From Phoronis australis (taxonomy: Eukaryota; Animalia; Phoronida), in assembly GCA_002633005.1 (NCBI GenBank), contig NMRA01000409.1, forward strand, positions 124,001 to 188,000: a DNA stretch of 64,000 nt, written 5' to 3'. The position numbers and the translations under genes are program-made. A model generated the notes under the pieces. It did not search any database and was not told the DNA's origin. It saw only the letters and a list, made by a program, of their open reading frames with translations. Below are positions 40,582 through 54,171 of this stretch, piece by piece. Each line of letters starts with the position of its first letter. Within the stretch, counting starts at the first letter, position 1.

Positions 40582-40979
40582 GGGCCCGGAATCTAATCTT
40601 TGTACTCGGAACGAATTCAAAATTATTTTTGACAATTTCTCCTTTACTTTTGTGCGAACTCAAGATGAGTGGTCATGAATTAGACTGTACTCGAATGCAT
40701 TGTACTTAACACAAATGAGTTTCTAGTCCAAGTTTGCACTTGATGACCCTTATATTCGTGCTACAGCTCGAGTAAAAACTCGAAATTTCGAGTTAAAACA
40801 CGAAATTTTAGCCTTGATGTTGGGTTCGTCAACTGCAAACTATCCACGTAAGTCATTATGTACTCGACCGTAGAATAATAGAATCTGACACTTATACTGA
40901 GTTCGCACAAAAGTAGAGTAGAAAACGCCAAACATTATTTCGAGTTCCATTTCGAGTAAAAAGATTAGAAATCGGGCCC
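40582..40979 (-). mobile_element. ~400-bp PIF/Harbinger-like MITE (GGGCCC ends), inverted relative of 56451-56852
   Basis: TIR ggcccggaatctaatcttt / aaagattagaaatcgggcc, with flanks ctg/ccg. Colinear with the reverse complement of 56451-56852. Confidence 0.8.
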
Positions 40980-41339
40980 CGATCGCCGTAGGGCCTGTCA
41001 GCGAATGGGAGGATTGTAAACGGACTAGAGCGGTGGAACAACCGGTGCCCGTGAGAAATACAAACGTTGCCATCTGGTGGACCAACTAATTATTCACTGA
41101 AAGGCATTTCATCGTCATGTGCAACCTACAGCAAATCTAGAGATCCTGCATTAATCAGATTCACTCGAGCAAACTGGTCTCCAAAATGTCTAGCCATTGT
41201 AGCAAATGCTTTCAAGTGGCTTCACAAATTAACTCAGCACTTGTCATTTATGTTGATGAAGAGGTCTTGGAAGGGTTGGTCAACCATGCGAAAACTGGTG
41301 GCACTAGGTTGACACTCATCGGCTTGAGGATTGTCTGTT

Positions 41340-42150
41340 AAGGATGAAACTCTGATTAGTACTTAGAAATAAATCTTGAGGTATATCTTGCGTGGTTGGG
41401 TTGTGTATCTGAGATTCAGATGGTGAGTAAAAAACGCCCCTTAAATGCATGTATCATAGCAAACTTGAAACAGCGTAGGAGTTGAACATACAAGGGTAGT
41501 CCTTACTGTAATGTAAACCATTGGATAGGGCGCATTTTGCCTCTCTGAGTAGGCTTAGGAAGTAGCAAAAATGTATCTCGCAGCGCCGCATTCTTTTATC
41601 AGCGGTTACTTCTGTAATTGTTGAAGACAAATGCTGACCTTATCAAATCTACAGTCACCATATCAGTCGCATAGCAAAGAACTTAACGGAAATGTTTCAC
41701 TGAATGCCCTCGCTCCACATGGCTGTGTCTTTCGAAGCGCATAAAATACAAGATACGGTAAAATAGCCTGGTTACATTTCAACACGGCCTACTACTCCAC
41801 TGTGAGATCTTACGACTAGAGTTGCCTTTTGTAATGACACCAAGCTATCTGACTGGCACTTCCAAAAATCCTGATGTACGTGAGCAGTTTAGTAAATTCA
41901 GTAACGCTCTGCAGTATATCCAACACTTATGCCCAAACTAACATATCTGCCTGGATCATAGAAGTGCAAGAACAAAAACGAGATAAGATAAATGGACAAG
42001 AAAGATATTCACATTTTGTTATCTAATTGGCTGGATTGGCAAACCGAACTATAAATTGGATAACCTGAAAGATGTATACTCTCTAGAAAAAAGATTTGAT
42101 GTTTTGGTGCATCTTCGCTGTCAAAGTGGATCTGGGAAAATTGCATTATA
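41340..42150 (+). pseudogene. Ancient non-LTR retrotransposon ORF2 3' remnant (RTEX/L2-like)
   Basis: Degraded motifs LGSSKNVSRSAAF (~41555) and PSYLTGTSKNPDVREQFSKFS (~41840), similar to the LGV..KxSNxA and YL..IKNP..R..LTKFR motifs of such elements. Many stops. Confidence 0.4.
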
Positions 42151-43520
42151 TTTGTTTAACTTGGAATTCAATATTCAAGTTCTCATCCAGTTCTACCACT
42201 ATATAGGCCGCCACCAGTCGCGTTGATCACTTGTTTAAGGCTAATGAAAGTGGAGGCAACCGTCATTTCTAGAAATAATAGCGATTCGTTTAAGAGCTCC
42301 AAACAATCTCAAGGATCTTTTAGTTGGTGTTCATGAAATTACTCAGGCTGTTATATAAAAGCCACGCGGAGTTCACCATTGCTCTCTTGATAAAAATTGT
42401 TTAAAGGAGGTGGTTTTTGGCCTCCGGACACGGCACGACGTGACATTTTGACCTACGTCCAACAAACTGTTAGTAACCAATGGGGGCGTGTTAGATTCAG
42501 TTGGCAGTGAAGGGGCCTCCAAGGTATTTTTTGATTGAAGCAGCCCCAAAGAGATTAGATGAGGATCTGGCAAAAGAGAAAAATATCTTACCGCAGTGGT
42601 ATCCATTCCTATGTTAGAGAACGTACCTTCACTACATTTCAGTGGATTCTCAAATGCAATCGAGTTCAGTAATTCCGTTAATCGCATTAACTACATGTAT
42701 GCGTTCAGTGACTCCCAAGGGAATAGATTTTTTTAATCGTGATCTGATACAAGGAGTACGTGTTACTTAAAAGTATAAGTAAATTCCAATCCGACTGTCG
42801 TAAATGTACTTACATATGTGTACATGTATATACACATATTCATAGTTATGTATGTATGTATGTGTGTGTATATGTATACGTATATACATGTCTTTGACAT
42901 ACGATTTTTGTCGGGTCGGCCGAACATCTAGGTGCTATATCCTAAACGATAAATCGTTTCCGACGTGTCGGGTTATTGATCTACACAATCAGACTAGTCG
43001 TACCCGACAGTTCAATGCAAAAGTGGCAAACGAAAGTCGAAATTTGCATATGTCTTAAAATAATCATACATACAATAAGGGCAATACTCATTAGACAGTG
43101 GTGCTTCAGAGTCGTATGTAATTTAATTTATTTTGACTTCCAAGTATAAGACACACGTCAATCGTGCAGTGGCCATGATCCCATCGGGTTTGTTTGTAGC
43201 TTCACGTGCAGCTAACATTGTTGATCTTGCCTTCTCACATGTCATGTGCATGCATATCGGGTCGGTATTTTGGCGTTCTGGTATCGATGATACCGTGGGA
43301 GCTCCGTAAATGGAAGAAGTATCGACTGGATTATGAAAGTCAGCGTAAGTGGCAATGTTTGGTGACGCTGTCAGCCGGTAGTCTAGAGCTTCTGTCGTTC
43401 CTTTGTTAGGGATGTGACTGAGCCATCACAGCGTTCAATAAATGTTTGCTTAGTTAGACAAATAGTATGCTATTTCCCCCGAAATCTACGTGCGATCGGA
43501 GAACTGAGCGGGAGTTGCGA

Positions 43521-44255
43521 TTTTCCAAAGAAACAAAACGTCAAAGAGGATCATATTCTACAGAAAAAGTCACATTTTAACCGCATCATATGCGCGTATT
43601 CAGGTCGCATGCGTCTGCACCTATATCCAGAATCAGGCGCATGCACCTATTTACAAAAAACTTTCGTAAAAGAAAGCAAACGTTTCTAAAAATTTTTGTG
43701 AGTGAACTTTGACTTACGCGTTAAAATTCCTTAGTGTTAATTGACGTGTATTTAGTTCGGGAGAGTTCGTCTACTGAAAAAAATCTCAATTAGCGGTACT
43801 GCTCTCGTTTTTCAAATATATTGCGAGACGGCTGTAGGCTCGTAAACATCCGGTGATATCATAGATACTTGGTGGTGTAAAACCCGAGCTGAGTTCCGTA
43901 GAGGCAATAAAGGAACCTAGAGGTATTTATGGTCACGTGCTTTACTTGTACATGTAATAGGTGGCAATACCTAGCGAAGTCTTTCCTGATCGTGTGTGTT
44001 CACGAGGTTGTCCTGTCTACAGAACGAACGCTCAGGCTACATTTTGTAGGTGATCTTGCGGCCAAAATACCTTTGCTTATGGAAAGGAAATAGTGAATTG
44101 AAACATTCGAAAAAACAACGGACTACACCTTACCCGTATTTTACGTTTGAAAGCTCACAAACCTTGACGTTTACATAATCCCGGCTAAACATTTGTTGAG
44201 TTCTACGCCACGTCACGTGGTCTCAAGATCAAGTTTGATTTCAAGTTCAACCACC
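43521..44255 (+). repeat. ~735-bp direct repeat, copy 1
   Basis: Matches 46247-46981. The first ~175 bp are visibly diverged and the remainder is nearly identical. Confidence 0.95.
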
Positions 44256-46246
44256 TGAATTGTACACTTATGAGCGCTACACACACGCGCGTTGATTGGA
44301 AATACATGACCATATAACAAATCGACATTCCATGATATCGACCTCGCGTTGATTAAGCACATTTCAACACGCAGAAAGGTACTCGTTTAAAAACCCTTTG
44401 GTGCTTCATACCTCGCTGAACCCTACGCATACACATTAATTTTTAAGTCTATGTGCGGGCATTTTCTTGTTCCCAGATAACAGTTTAATCGTAACAACTC
44501 GCCCTTGCCTCTGGTCTACCGCGGTAAACAGTGCCTTAAAACCATTTGTTTTGTGCCCATTTAATTCTTTCTACTCCATTTAAGGCCGAAGCAGCCCAGC
44601 GCAGTTGGCTAAAGAACGAAATTCTAGTTAGGAGTTTACTGTCAAAAGTGGTATCTCAGTAGTTCTTACTGTGATAAGATTTTATTTCACAATTACATTA
44701 ACAACTCAAACGCACGCTTCATTATCGAATTCTCAATTTTAGAATTCTCCAACATCAACAAACTGCGAAGCCGGCGTTTCTCGAGTCGCTGTTGGCTTCG
44801 ACGTTCGTGTTGCTAAAGCGAATGTGTTCATAAGGAACGTTAAAATACTAATTTAAGAACGTCGTGTTTTGCCAGCAAAACAGTGCGAATTGCACTTTTA
44901 ACTTGTCATAAAACATAACTACACAAATGACAGGCCCTGAAAAGTCGGTTAATTGGTGAACTTGTGAAACGTAAACAATCACCGATTTGTTGTTATTTTT
45001 ATAGAAGCACGACCTAGCAGAGACCACGCGACCACCAGTTTTGTTACCACCATTCCATAGTGACGTAGTTGTTTCCACATCAGAGTCAGAATCACCGAAC
45101 ACGTTGCGTTTGTCTACGCGAACGCAGTATTCCGCGGCCTATTTTGGGACAGCTTTGTAGTGTTTGGGAATCTTAAAACAAGACTGAATTTGTGGTTCCG
45201 TGAAAAACGGGGTGAAAGGACCAACTTTCCTAAGGGCATACACGTTACAAGAACTAAATGTCATTCACTTAACAGTTTCATATGATTAACAGGCAGAAAG
45301 GAAATGGCCGACAAGGTCATCCACAAGGATACTGTCATTTTTCTGAATGAATGCTCAATTTTTGTTTTACTGCATCATTCACATCGAACTGTATATTTTT
45401 CAAAAGTTCTGAGTATTATTATTTAAGGTACGTTACCGACATTTTGTTTTCGATTATAAATCAGTTGCCGATATTACGTGATCATAGCACGCGATGCGAC
45501 CATAATCAGGTGATGCATACATGTACATGTGATATACGGCATGTACACCTGTACTATGCTAACGGGCAAAATGATGCATTCTACAGGGGTCCGTGCTCTG
45601 TGACTCATACACGATAACAATATATTATCTAAACAATAGTATTTCGAAGACAACGATATTTTCATACGGAATTCCCGAAAGAGGCGCCACTTTCCAATTA
45701 GTGATCAGACTACTTATTTGACGGAAGTAAAACCTTGACTTACACCAGGCGCCGCTAGTGTATACTGCCGTCTCGCCTTGTGCGTACGATCATAGATTTT
45801 TTCCCATTTCGAATATGCATTTGGCAGTCCATGTACTATGGTCTATGAAATAATAGAACGATCCACTGTACTTTTGTTTTCTGGGACCATTTGATCTTAA
45901 GAAATTAGAAAAGATACGCACATATCGGTTGCATGGCGGCATTTTATGTGTCAAACCTTGAACCTTGCACATTGGCACTGTTCCAAATAGGGCGCTTTGA
46001 AAGACCGCAAATTTAGTTCGATAACAGTGGAAATTCTTCCTTACAAATTGGACTGAAACTTGTTTTTCCTGAGCTGAAATTTTTTTACTCTAACGCAAAT
46101 GTTTCTGCGCGCTTTTATTATGATAAACAACATGTACAAACAACTATATGACGTAAAGCGATGCATGATTTTTTGGCATATTCACACACACACGCGCGCA
46201 CGCACAAACCAACTCGGATTTTGGTACCTGTCACCAAGTTTAGCTA

Positions 46247-46981
46247 TTTTTCAAAGAAACAAAAAGTCGAAGAGGATCATATTCTACAGAAAATTTTACA
46301 ATTTAAACTATCATATGCCCGTATTCAGGCCGGATGCGTCTGGGCCTATATCCAGAATCAGGCGCATGCATCTATTTACGAAAAACTTTAGTAAAAGAAA
46401 GCAAAACGTTTCTAAAATTTGTTGTGAGTGAACGTTGACTTACGCGTTAAAATTCCTTAGTGTTAATTGAAGTGTATTTAGTTCGGGAGAGTTCGTTTAC
46501 TGAAAAAAATCTCAATTAGCGGTACTGCTCTCGTTTTTCAAATGTATTGCGAGACGGCTGTAGGCTCGTAAACATCCGGTGATATCATAGATACTTGGTG
46601 GTGTAAAACCCGAGCTGAGTTCCGTATAGGCAATAAATTAACCTAGAGGTATTTGTGGTCACGTGCTTTACTTGTACATGTAATAGGTGGCAATACCTAG
46701 CGAAGTCTTTCCTGATCGTGTGTGTTCACGAGGTTGTCCTGTCTACAGAACGAACGCTCAGGCTACATTTTGTAGGTGATCTTGCGGCCAAAATACCTTT
46801 GCTTATGGAAAGGAAATAGTGAATTGAAACATTCGAAAAAACAACGGACTACACCTTACCCGTATTTTACGTTTGAAAGCTCACAAACCTTGACGTTTAC
46901 ATAATCCCGGGTAAAGATTTGTTGAGTTCTACGCCACGTCACGTGGTCTCAAGATCAAGTTTGATTTCAAGTTCAACCACC
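46247..46981 (+). repeat. ~735-bp direct repeat, copy 2
   Basis: Matches 43521-44255 with an offset of 2726 bp. Confidence 0.95.
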
Positions 46982-48779
46982 ACCGAGAAATACTTGAATA
47001 TCAGACCATCACTCAGAGCGTTGACAACAGGATTATTGGTTATATTGAATTGTGGGAAATCAAAGATGTAAGACGTATTTGGAATAAAATGAACGGGGAA
47101 TCTGACTGTGACTATTCTCAAGACGTCGGTGGTTGTGCCCACTGTCCTATTTTTTGACGTAATTCCCGAAACAGTACAATTATTCCCAAACTGCCTACTA
47201 ACCTCGTTGTTAAATCTGGTCTTCTATTACGTACACGATAATGGATAGATCCGACATGTTAATCAAGCTACATGTAACAATTTCAGACAATCAGATCGTG
47301 GAAATATAAACACAACGATTGTCTAACACCTTTGTCTCACCACGAATGGTTACTAACCAAATCACTGAGGTGGCTTAATGATGCGTTTGGGACAAAGCAG
47401 ATCAACGCCGAAGAGCCTTCAAATAAGGAAATGTTTCTGTCACTGATAAAAGCAAGTACAAGTAGTATACTTCACGATCAGACGACTATGACAAGATAAG
47501 CCATAGACTGATATCTACTGTCTGTTGATAAACAAGCACAGAGTGAAAAAAATCACCATTATTACGTTTCACATTTTTTAATATATTCTAACGTGAACTT
47601 CAGTGACTTACGGAAAAGTGCCCCCTTAAGTCCCCACACACAAATACCGTCAATTGCCCTTTCCGCTTCTCGCAGAACACAAGAGCACTGAGCGAAGCAA
47701 CTACTGCACCGACGGTATCTGTTTAAATTCTACGGATAAAACCTAGTGTCTTGAAGCCAGACAATAAGGACTTTCGGTCACGGAACAAAAGCAAGCCTGG
47801 GACAAAAGTGTCAAACCTCCCTGCAAAGTTGCATCATACGCATTGAAAAACTAATTTGCAATAACAAAATTCCTACTGTTGCAAAGTTTTGAATGATTGC
47901 TTTTACCAGTTTCTCCGAAAATTTTGAGAAAGTTTGTGAACAGTAACAAATCTGGGATTCCTAAAATTGCCTCTTAATTCTTATTATTAACGATCTCAAT
48001 GAAATAGGACAAAATTATGTTGTTAATTCCGCGGGACGTTGAACTTTCTGATAGGTGCAACGGAAAGATAAAGGTGAAATTCCCGTATAAGGGATGTAGC
48101 ACCGATGCATGGCCATGGAGTATTGTCTATTTCTCTGGACTATTCTACGTACAACCTAGGCATCTCTGCATTTCATACTTGGTAAAAGACAGCTTACTTT
48201 TCCGCAAGCATACAGCTGGTAGTTTCGATCGACAATATTCATCTCCAATACTGGTCGTCTGTCAATCAACAAGAGGTATTTCCTCGGTATTTCTTGGGTC
48301 AGTCTTAGAAATAGATTAAACATTACTCACCTAGTGAAAAAATCAGGATACAGATGTACATGTATGTGCTGTCTGACTTACTCAATATCTTTGGCATCAT
48401 TTATCCATTTTGTCTCGAAGTACAACGTATATGTCTTGTACTCAACAGAAAAATGCCTAAGAAAAGTAACTGGTAGTAATTGGCAGGCGTTTGTGTACAT
48501 CACGTGACCACACTCCTGCGTCCGATTGGTCGGTGGCGCTGCTTTCACTGACACCTGGCGAATGGTAAATGTGGCACTGTGATAACAGTTTCAGTGAAAT
48601 GTGATCAAAAACACCTTGTAATCTGATGCACTTTGGCATAGGACTTCCGCGATAATGGGTTTCTGCTCTTAGAACATCGAAACAGTAATTATAATAGGTG
48701 AAGCGTAATTGCGTTTGTCGGAACTATCTAGGCCGCAGGGAACTGATGAATGTTATTGTACGAATACGTTTTCTAATAC

Positions 48780-49086
48780 TGTCGCGATATCACCGTTTTC
48801 AAAATGCTGCGTTTTGGTGCTGGATACACGTGAACGAAGGCCGTGTCGGTAAAGAAAAATGTTATTTTTTGAATTATACGAGAGAGCGTTTTTAAAAGTT
48901 TCGTTTTTGGTTGTCGAATTCAGTAGATTCAAGTGGGTGGAAGTCTGATGCTTATAGGAAAGGTTGAATTTTTAAAAATTTGCTTTTTGCTTTTAAATTC
49001 AGTGGTTACTTATAAATGGAAGCGGTATCGTTGAAGAAAACGTTTCGTTTTGAAATGAAAACGGAGTAGTGTAGACAGGGCATTAA
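48780..49086. mobile_element. Degenerate Harbinger-like MITE remnant
   Basis: Repeated cgttttcaaaa / cgtttt motifs, ending in gaaaacggagtagtgtagacagggcattaa. Confidence 0.35.
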
Positions 49087-50335
49087 TTCGTTGCATTTTG
49101 AGGCTAACTGTCCTTTGATTTATTTTTTATAATGCTTACTTGATCACAGTGCATGCACCACAAACTTGCTGCAATCTGTCGTATCATGTCAGTTGATATC
49201 ACACGTACTGGGGTCTGTACCGGTATTGGAACAACAAATTTCGAAAAAATGATGTGCTGGTGTCACGAAACTTTCCGAAGTGTTAATGCAGGCATCCACT
49301 GTTCCTTACACGTGTCCCTCACAAAAATTCGTAGTGTCAAATTATAGAAATATGCCGTTTACGAACAGCAATGAAAGTTCACACTTATATCTGTCGTTTA
49401 CCCAAAGCCCTTAATTGGCCCAAAGTCATAGCTGTTTGGGAATAGGCGGAGTTCCCGCAGCAAAATTCCCATCAAAAAATTAGATTTTGAATAGTTAAAT
49501 TTTACGAATGCTCTTCGCGAATCAGTCCATGGTGAACAGCACATGCACCATACACTTGCATCTTTGGGAATCTCAACTAGGCCGAGGGTAACATGTTGAC
49601 ACGCAAAATCTAAGACAAACAGTACTCTACTGCAAATGATTATTTACAGACAGGTCATGTGTCCAGTTGATGTGGACCAGTATATTCGATTCTGAAGCAT
49701 TCAAGTGACGATTCTTGTCATGGCCTGTGTATCATCAAGAAATCTGTAATGCACGGCGGATGTTTGTGAGCTTACACCCGTCCCGTAATGCGTTTGAAAT
49801 AAGACAGCAGCGTCTTTAACAGAGTGGAACATTTGTAATGGGCGAAAACCCGGACTTAATTAAAAACAAAAGAACAACATTCAGGTAAAGTCGCACTAAT
49901 AAGCATGAGATAGTAGTCTGTACATTTTATTAACTGTAGCTTAGATGCAATTGACAATACGGAAAACACTTGAGTAAAAACCCTCAAAACTAAACAAGGA
50001 TATCGTGGAAGTCAGGCTATCAATACCACAATCTATTCTAAAAGTATGAAGTGGATAGAATATTGGCCGTATGACTAACCCGTAGTTATAAAAATAACCA
50101 ATTGCCTTGTCAAGTTTTGCAGCTAAATCTTTGCCCTGTGAGAAGTTGTTAATCGATCAATCGCTCAGAATGGGAACGTACTGTATCAAAGATCACCTGT
50201 ATTGTGGCGCCTACGTGCGCTCTCACCTTTGCGAAAACAATGAATCAGGCTATTTGGGAGAAGATGAGAAACTGACCCGAAGAACACAGTGCCACCAGCG
50301 GCAATGCCACCTGCCATGGTATCCATACCAGTAAC

Positions 50336-50609
50336 CATGGGCGCACCCAAGGGGTGTATGGGGGGCTCAAACGAGTCCCCCCAATTTGGCGAATTGGACA
50401 AAAAGGTCCGCCTCAGCGAAACAAAAATTCCGAGTAAACGAGACAGAAGTCCACAACGTCCACAGGAATTCTGCGCGGATGCACAATTCGTAGGCGTGAA
50501 CCTAGTGATACAGTTTTTTTCGTCCTCGTTGATCTTTGTCAGTAAAAGGTCCGCATACCGAAAAATTCAAGCCCCCCCCCCCCTATATTTTAGGCTGGGT
50601 GCGCGCATG
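50336..50609. mobile_element. 274-bp MITE with a perfect 5-bp TSD (GTAAC)
   Basis: gtaac|catgggcgcaccca...tgggtgcgcgcatg|gtaac. Confidence 0.85.
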
Positions 50610-53364
50610 GTAACGGTACTGTTCAGGCCCTCACACTACTTCGGAGTATCGCCTCGTAGACACTGGCATTTTCCGTGCAAGCCTTGAACAAAAATCGAGT
50701 CCACCGCGGAGAGTCTGGCCACTGGCCGGGGTCGCTCGAATTAAACTGAATTATGGCTCATCACCGAGGAGGGTCGCAAACTTGTCGTGACGGGGGGGTG
50801 GCATCTCCTCTTACCAGAGCCTCCAGATTTCTTAATAGTTTGGGCCCCAACAAACCTCCATCCGACATTGCCAGCAGGCATGAGCACGCGCGATGTCATC
50901 TCTAAGCTTACAAGTTATGGTGAAACAGTTAAAGTGGCATAGGAACACCAACGGTCTATTCTTCGCGAGCCCAGAGATCACATCAAAACTGAGTAAGGAA
51001 ACAGAAAAGGTAAATTTTATATTGGTAAGTGGACTGCATCAATACGTTCTTTTCACAGAAAGCAGGTACCTTTATTCATGTTTCAGATGAAGATCACGAA
51101 GACGCTGCCTAGAATTACAGGACGTGACGGATTACTAATCCATTTTGCTCTGCTTAATCCTAGCAAGTCTACTGAAAGCTCGGCCGCGTGTGTTCGATAT
51201 AATTCTATTATGTCTCCAAATTGATTAGTGCGGACAGATACACGCAGTATTTAGTAGGAACAGCTTACTCAGAAAACAAACGCGAGACACGGATTCCGAA
51301 TACACCTGTCAAGAGGTCAAGTACAATACAAAAACAATGATTTCTTGAAGAACAATTCAATTTCAGAAAAGGTTAGCTTAGTCGCGAAATGAGTTATGTT
51401 AACTCTCTGCCTTTTAAAAGATATTGGACCACACGTGGTGTAACACGACACAGAGCATGAGCAGTTGACGACTGCATACCCAAAAAGAAATCGTGCAACC
51501 TGTATTAACAGGACGAAAAATCTACCACGTGTCTATCATGCACAAATGCGCATATCCTTATTATAAAATTTGAACCCACTCACCTGGTAATTGGCATACA
51601 TGTACATGTATTTAAATCTGTTTTGTCTGTTCGCTATTTATCACCTGATTTCGCACAATCAAATATCATTTAATCTGATCCATACTTAACACCCTCTGTG
51701 TTGGACAAGTGAAATACAATCTTTTACTACGTTGTTTGTGCCTGCCTGACCAAAACGCTATTGTCTGAAGCAGGCAAGTGCGAACTGGCGCAGGAGGGTG
51801 CCTTCAACGGCAATGGGTGAAATGTGATTTTGATTATTCAGCCTAAACAACAAGTTGCCGGTTTTCTTTGTTCTTAGTTGGGGGTTTCCACCAAATGGCA
51901 AAATAAACGTTACATTAGCAACAGTGAGCCGCACATGTGCGCATGTGTTTATGAAAATGAAACTTCTATGTGTCCCCTAATTAAGCTAGTTGCGCTTATA
52001 ATATCCGCCTACCTGTTCACTGGAAGCAGCCTCCACGGTCTATAACGTTATCGCTGATTATCTAGCGTTCAACCGCTCGACATTTGTCGGACTCTCTGTA
52101 AACCCGTGCGTCCTCCGCGACTGACGTTGCAACTGAAACGACTCTGCCTTGCATTACAGTGTTTCCTGATGGTACGCCCACGCGCATATTGTTTGTATTT
52201 AATTCTCTCAACTCTGAAACCTCCGGTAAGAACTATACGCAGGCCCTATTTCAACCTCGGGTATCAGCGAAACTTGTGTCATCACGCAACAACTGGTCAC
52301 AAATGAGCGCGCATGTGGCTACTCAGGAGGTCAATGAAAGGTCAATGCCATTACGTGCAGCGACAGTTTATTTCAATCTGCGAGTGTGATTTACACAAAT
52401 GGCTTCAGCACAATCATTTCTACTTTTAATTCAATCAGTGAGTGCTACTGTATTAGGTCTAATTTGTTTTTACACGGCAAATAGATAATGCAAAGCTGAG
52501 GCCAAAAGGGCATAGTTGGTTCTTAGGCTGTTTTTTTTTTGAAACTCGAGACGGTGGTGCGATATTTTTTTAGTTGTTCGCTCTTTCAAAGAGAAGCCAC
52601 CTGAGACCAACAAAAACTATTCGGGTTTGTTTTATCTATAGCATGGTAAACCGTGGAGTTTCAGACCATGCTTGCGCAGCTTTTCAAAAAAGCACGAGAA
52701 CTTAGCTGGAATTCACGTGGGTTGGCGTTTTTTCCTCTTTTTAGTAAGTAAGCGCAACTCTCAACTACGGAGGTAAGCTTAGACCCCGGGTCCGGGGACT
52801 GTGGTCGAATAGTAATACTTGAGATAGAACTCAAAATATTTTTAACATTTTCCATTATACTCGTGTATTATTCTGAGAGACAAGTAACACTTTACGTGGA
52901 TGACTGAACTTTTTTGTTCTTAATGACATCATTAAAGCCACATGTGTATGAGTTCGAGCACAAGATAATAGTTTACTGCCTTAATTTTGAATAACAGGAA
53001 AACCGAAAATATCAAAAATATTTTAGATTTCAAGTAAAAACGATTATGCGCAGGGATTAGTAACAATTTTGCTTTTTGGCCCAAGTGGTGAGCTTTGTTT
53101 ACGTATACATGTATGCTGCTACATGTAGGTCGAAATATATGATACCCTTGCTCGGGCTACTACACTCTATATTGGTGTAAGTAGTTTTCCTTCATTTTAT
53201 TTAAGTTGCAACTGATTTCTAGAGATGCATTAAAGACCCTAAATTTTACCTAAAATATTTTTTTGCGTTTCTCACTTAAGATCGCTTTTGAAAAGAACTT
53301 TATTTCGAACCTATGTGGCTACGATATTCAAATGTATTACAGTTTGTGTGTGTGAGTTCGTACT

Positions 53365-53519
53365 CATGGGCGGACCCAGGATTTTGAGTTAGGGGGGCCA
53401 AGGCAGAGTATCAGCCAGGATTTTGCCTGTCATACATTGGCACTCCCGAACTGCCCAATGGAATCTTGGAGAATTTTAGGGGGGCATGGCCCCCTTGGCC
53501 CCCTCTAAATCCGCCACTG
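53365..53519. mobile_element. 155-bp MITE with a 5-bp TSD (GTACT/GTATT)
   Basis: gtact|catgggcgga...tccgccactg|gtatt. Confidence 0.75.
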
Positions 53520-54171
53520 GTATTCAGGAGTTTATAAAAGTGAACGTAAAATAAAAAATGTGTAAATTGTATCATGAAGCGACTTCAGACTTTAGTCAGG
53601 ATTTAACGCCCACAAAATAATTAAATCTCAGTTGAGCGAAATTGCCAACACTGTGAACATATGCACGTGGCAGTTAGTTACTGGGACAATGTCGTCAAAT
53701 TAATTCTAGACTATGGAGCACTCATAATTACTTAGCTAAACCTCTACTCAGCAACTGTTAAGTGGAAGCGTAATACTTAAGTCACGTTCCCCTCACAATT
53801 TGAATTCTTTTATAGCAAACAGGTGATTTCAAAACTCATTAACCGTAATTTATGAAATACTTATCTGAAATTGGATGAAATCACCTAAAACGCCACACAG
53901 TACGATTTCCGTTACTACAACAGTTCAAGAAAATCGCAAATCCACACAAAGAACAGAGGTGAAAAGTTTGATCAGCGAATTTACACAGGAATGAAACAAA
54001 AAACTTTGTGTCTGAATAACTATAATCTCAAAAACAAACTGTTGACTTGGAAAGACTCAACAGTGCCAGACGCTAATTAGCTAAACGCTAAGTGGCATTT
54101 GGCGACCTGGCAAAAATCCTAGGTCGTCAAAGGAATTATGAAGTAGTCAAAACTGAAAATCTCAGGCGTCC

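Noticed and set aside
43697-46981. Canonical LTR retrotransposon (TG...CA LTR pair)
   Set aside because: Homology extends past the TG. No TSD, PBS, PPT or gag/pol remnant is seen in the spacer.
50893-51230. Two-exon plus-strand gene with a ~62-bp intron (ttg|gtaagt ... tttcag|atg)
   Set aside because: The splice signals are plausible, but the spliced peptide is short and unrecognisable. It may be UTR/ncRNA or chance.
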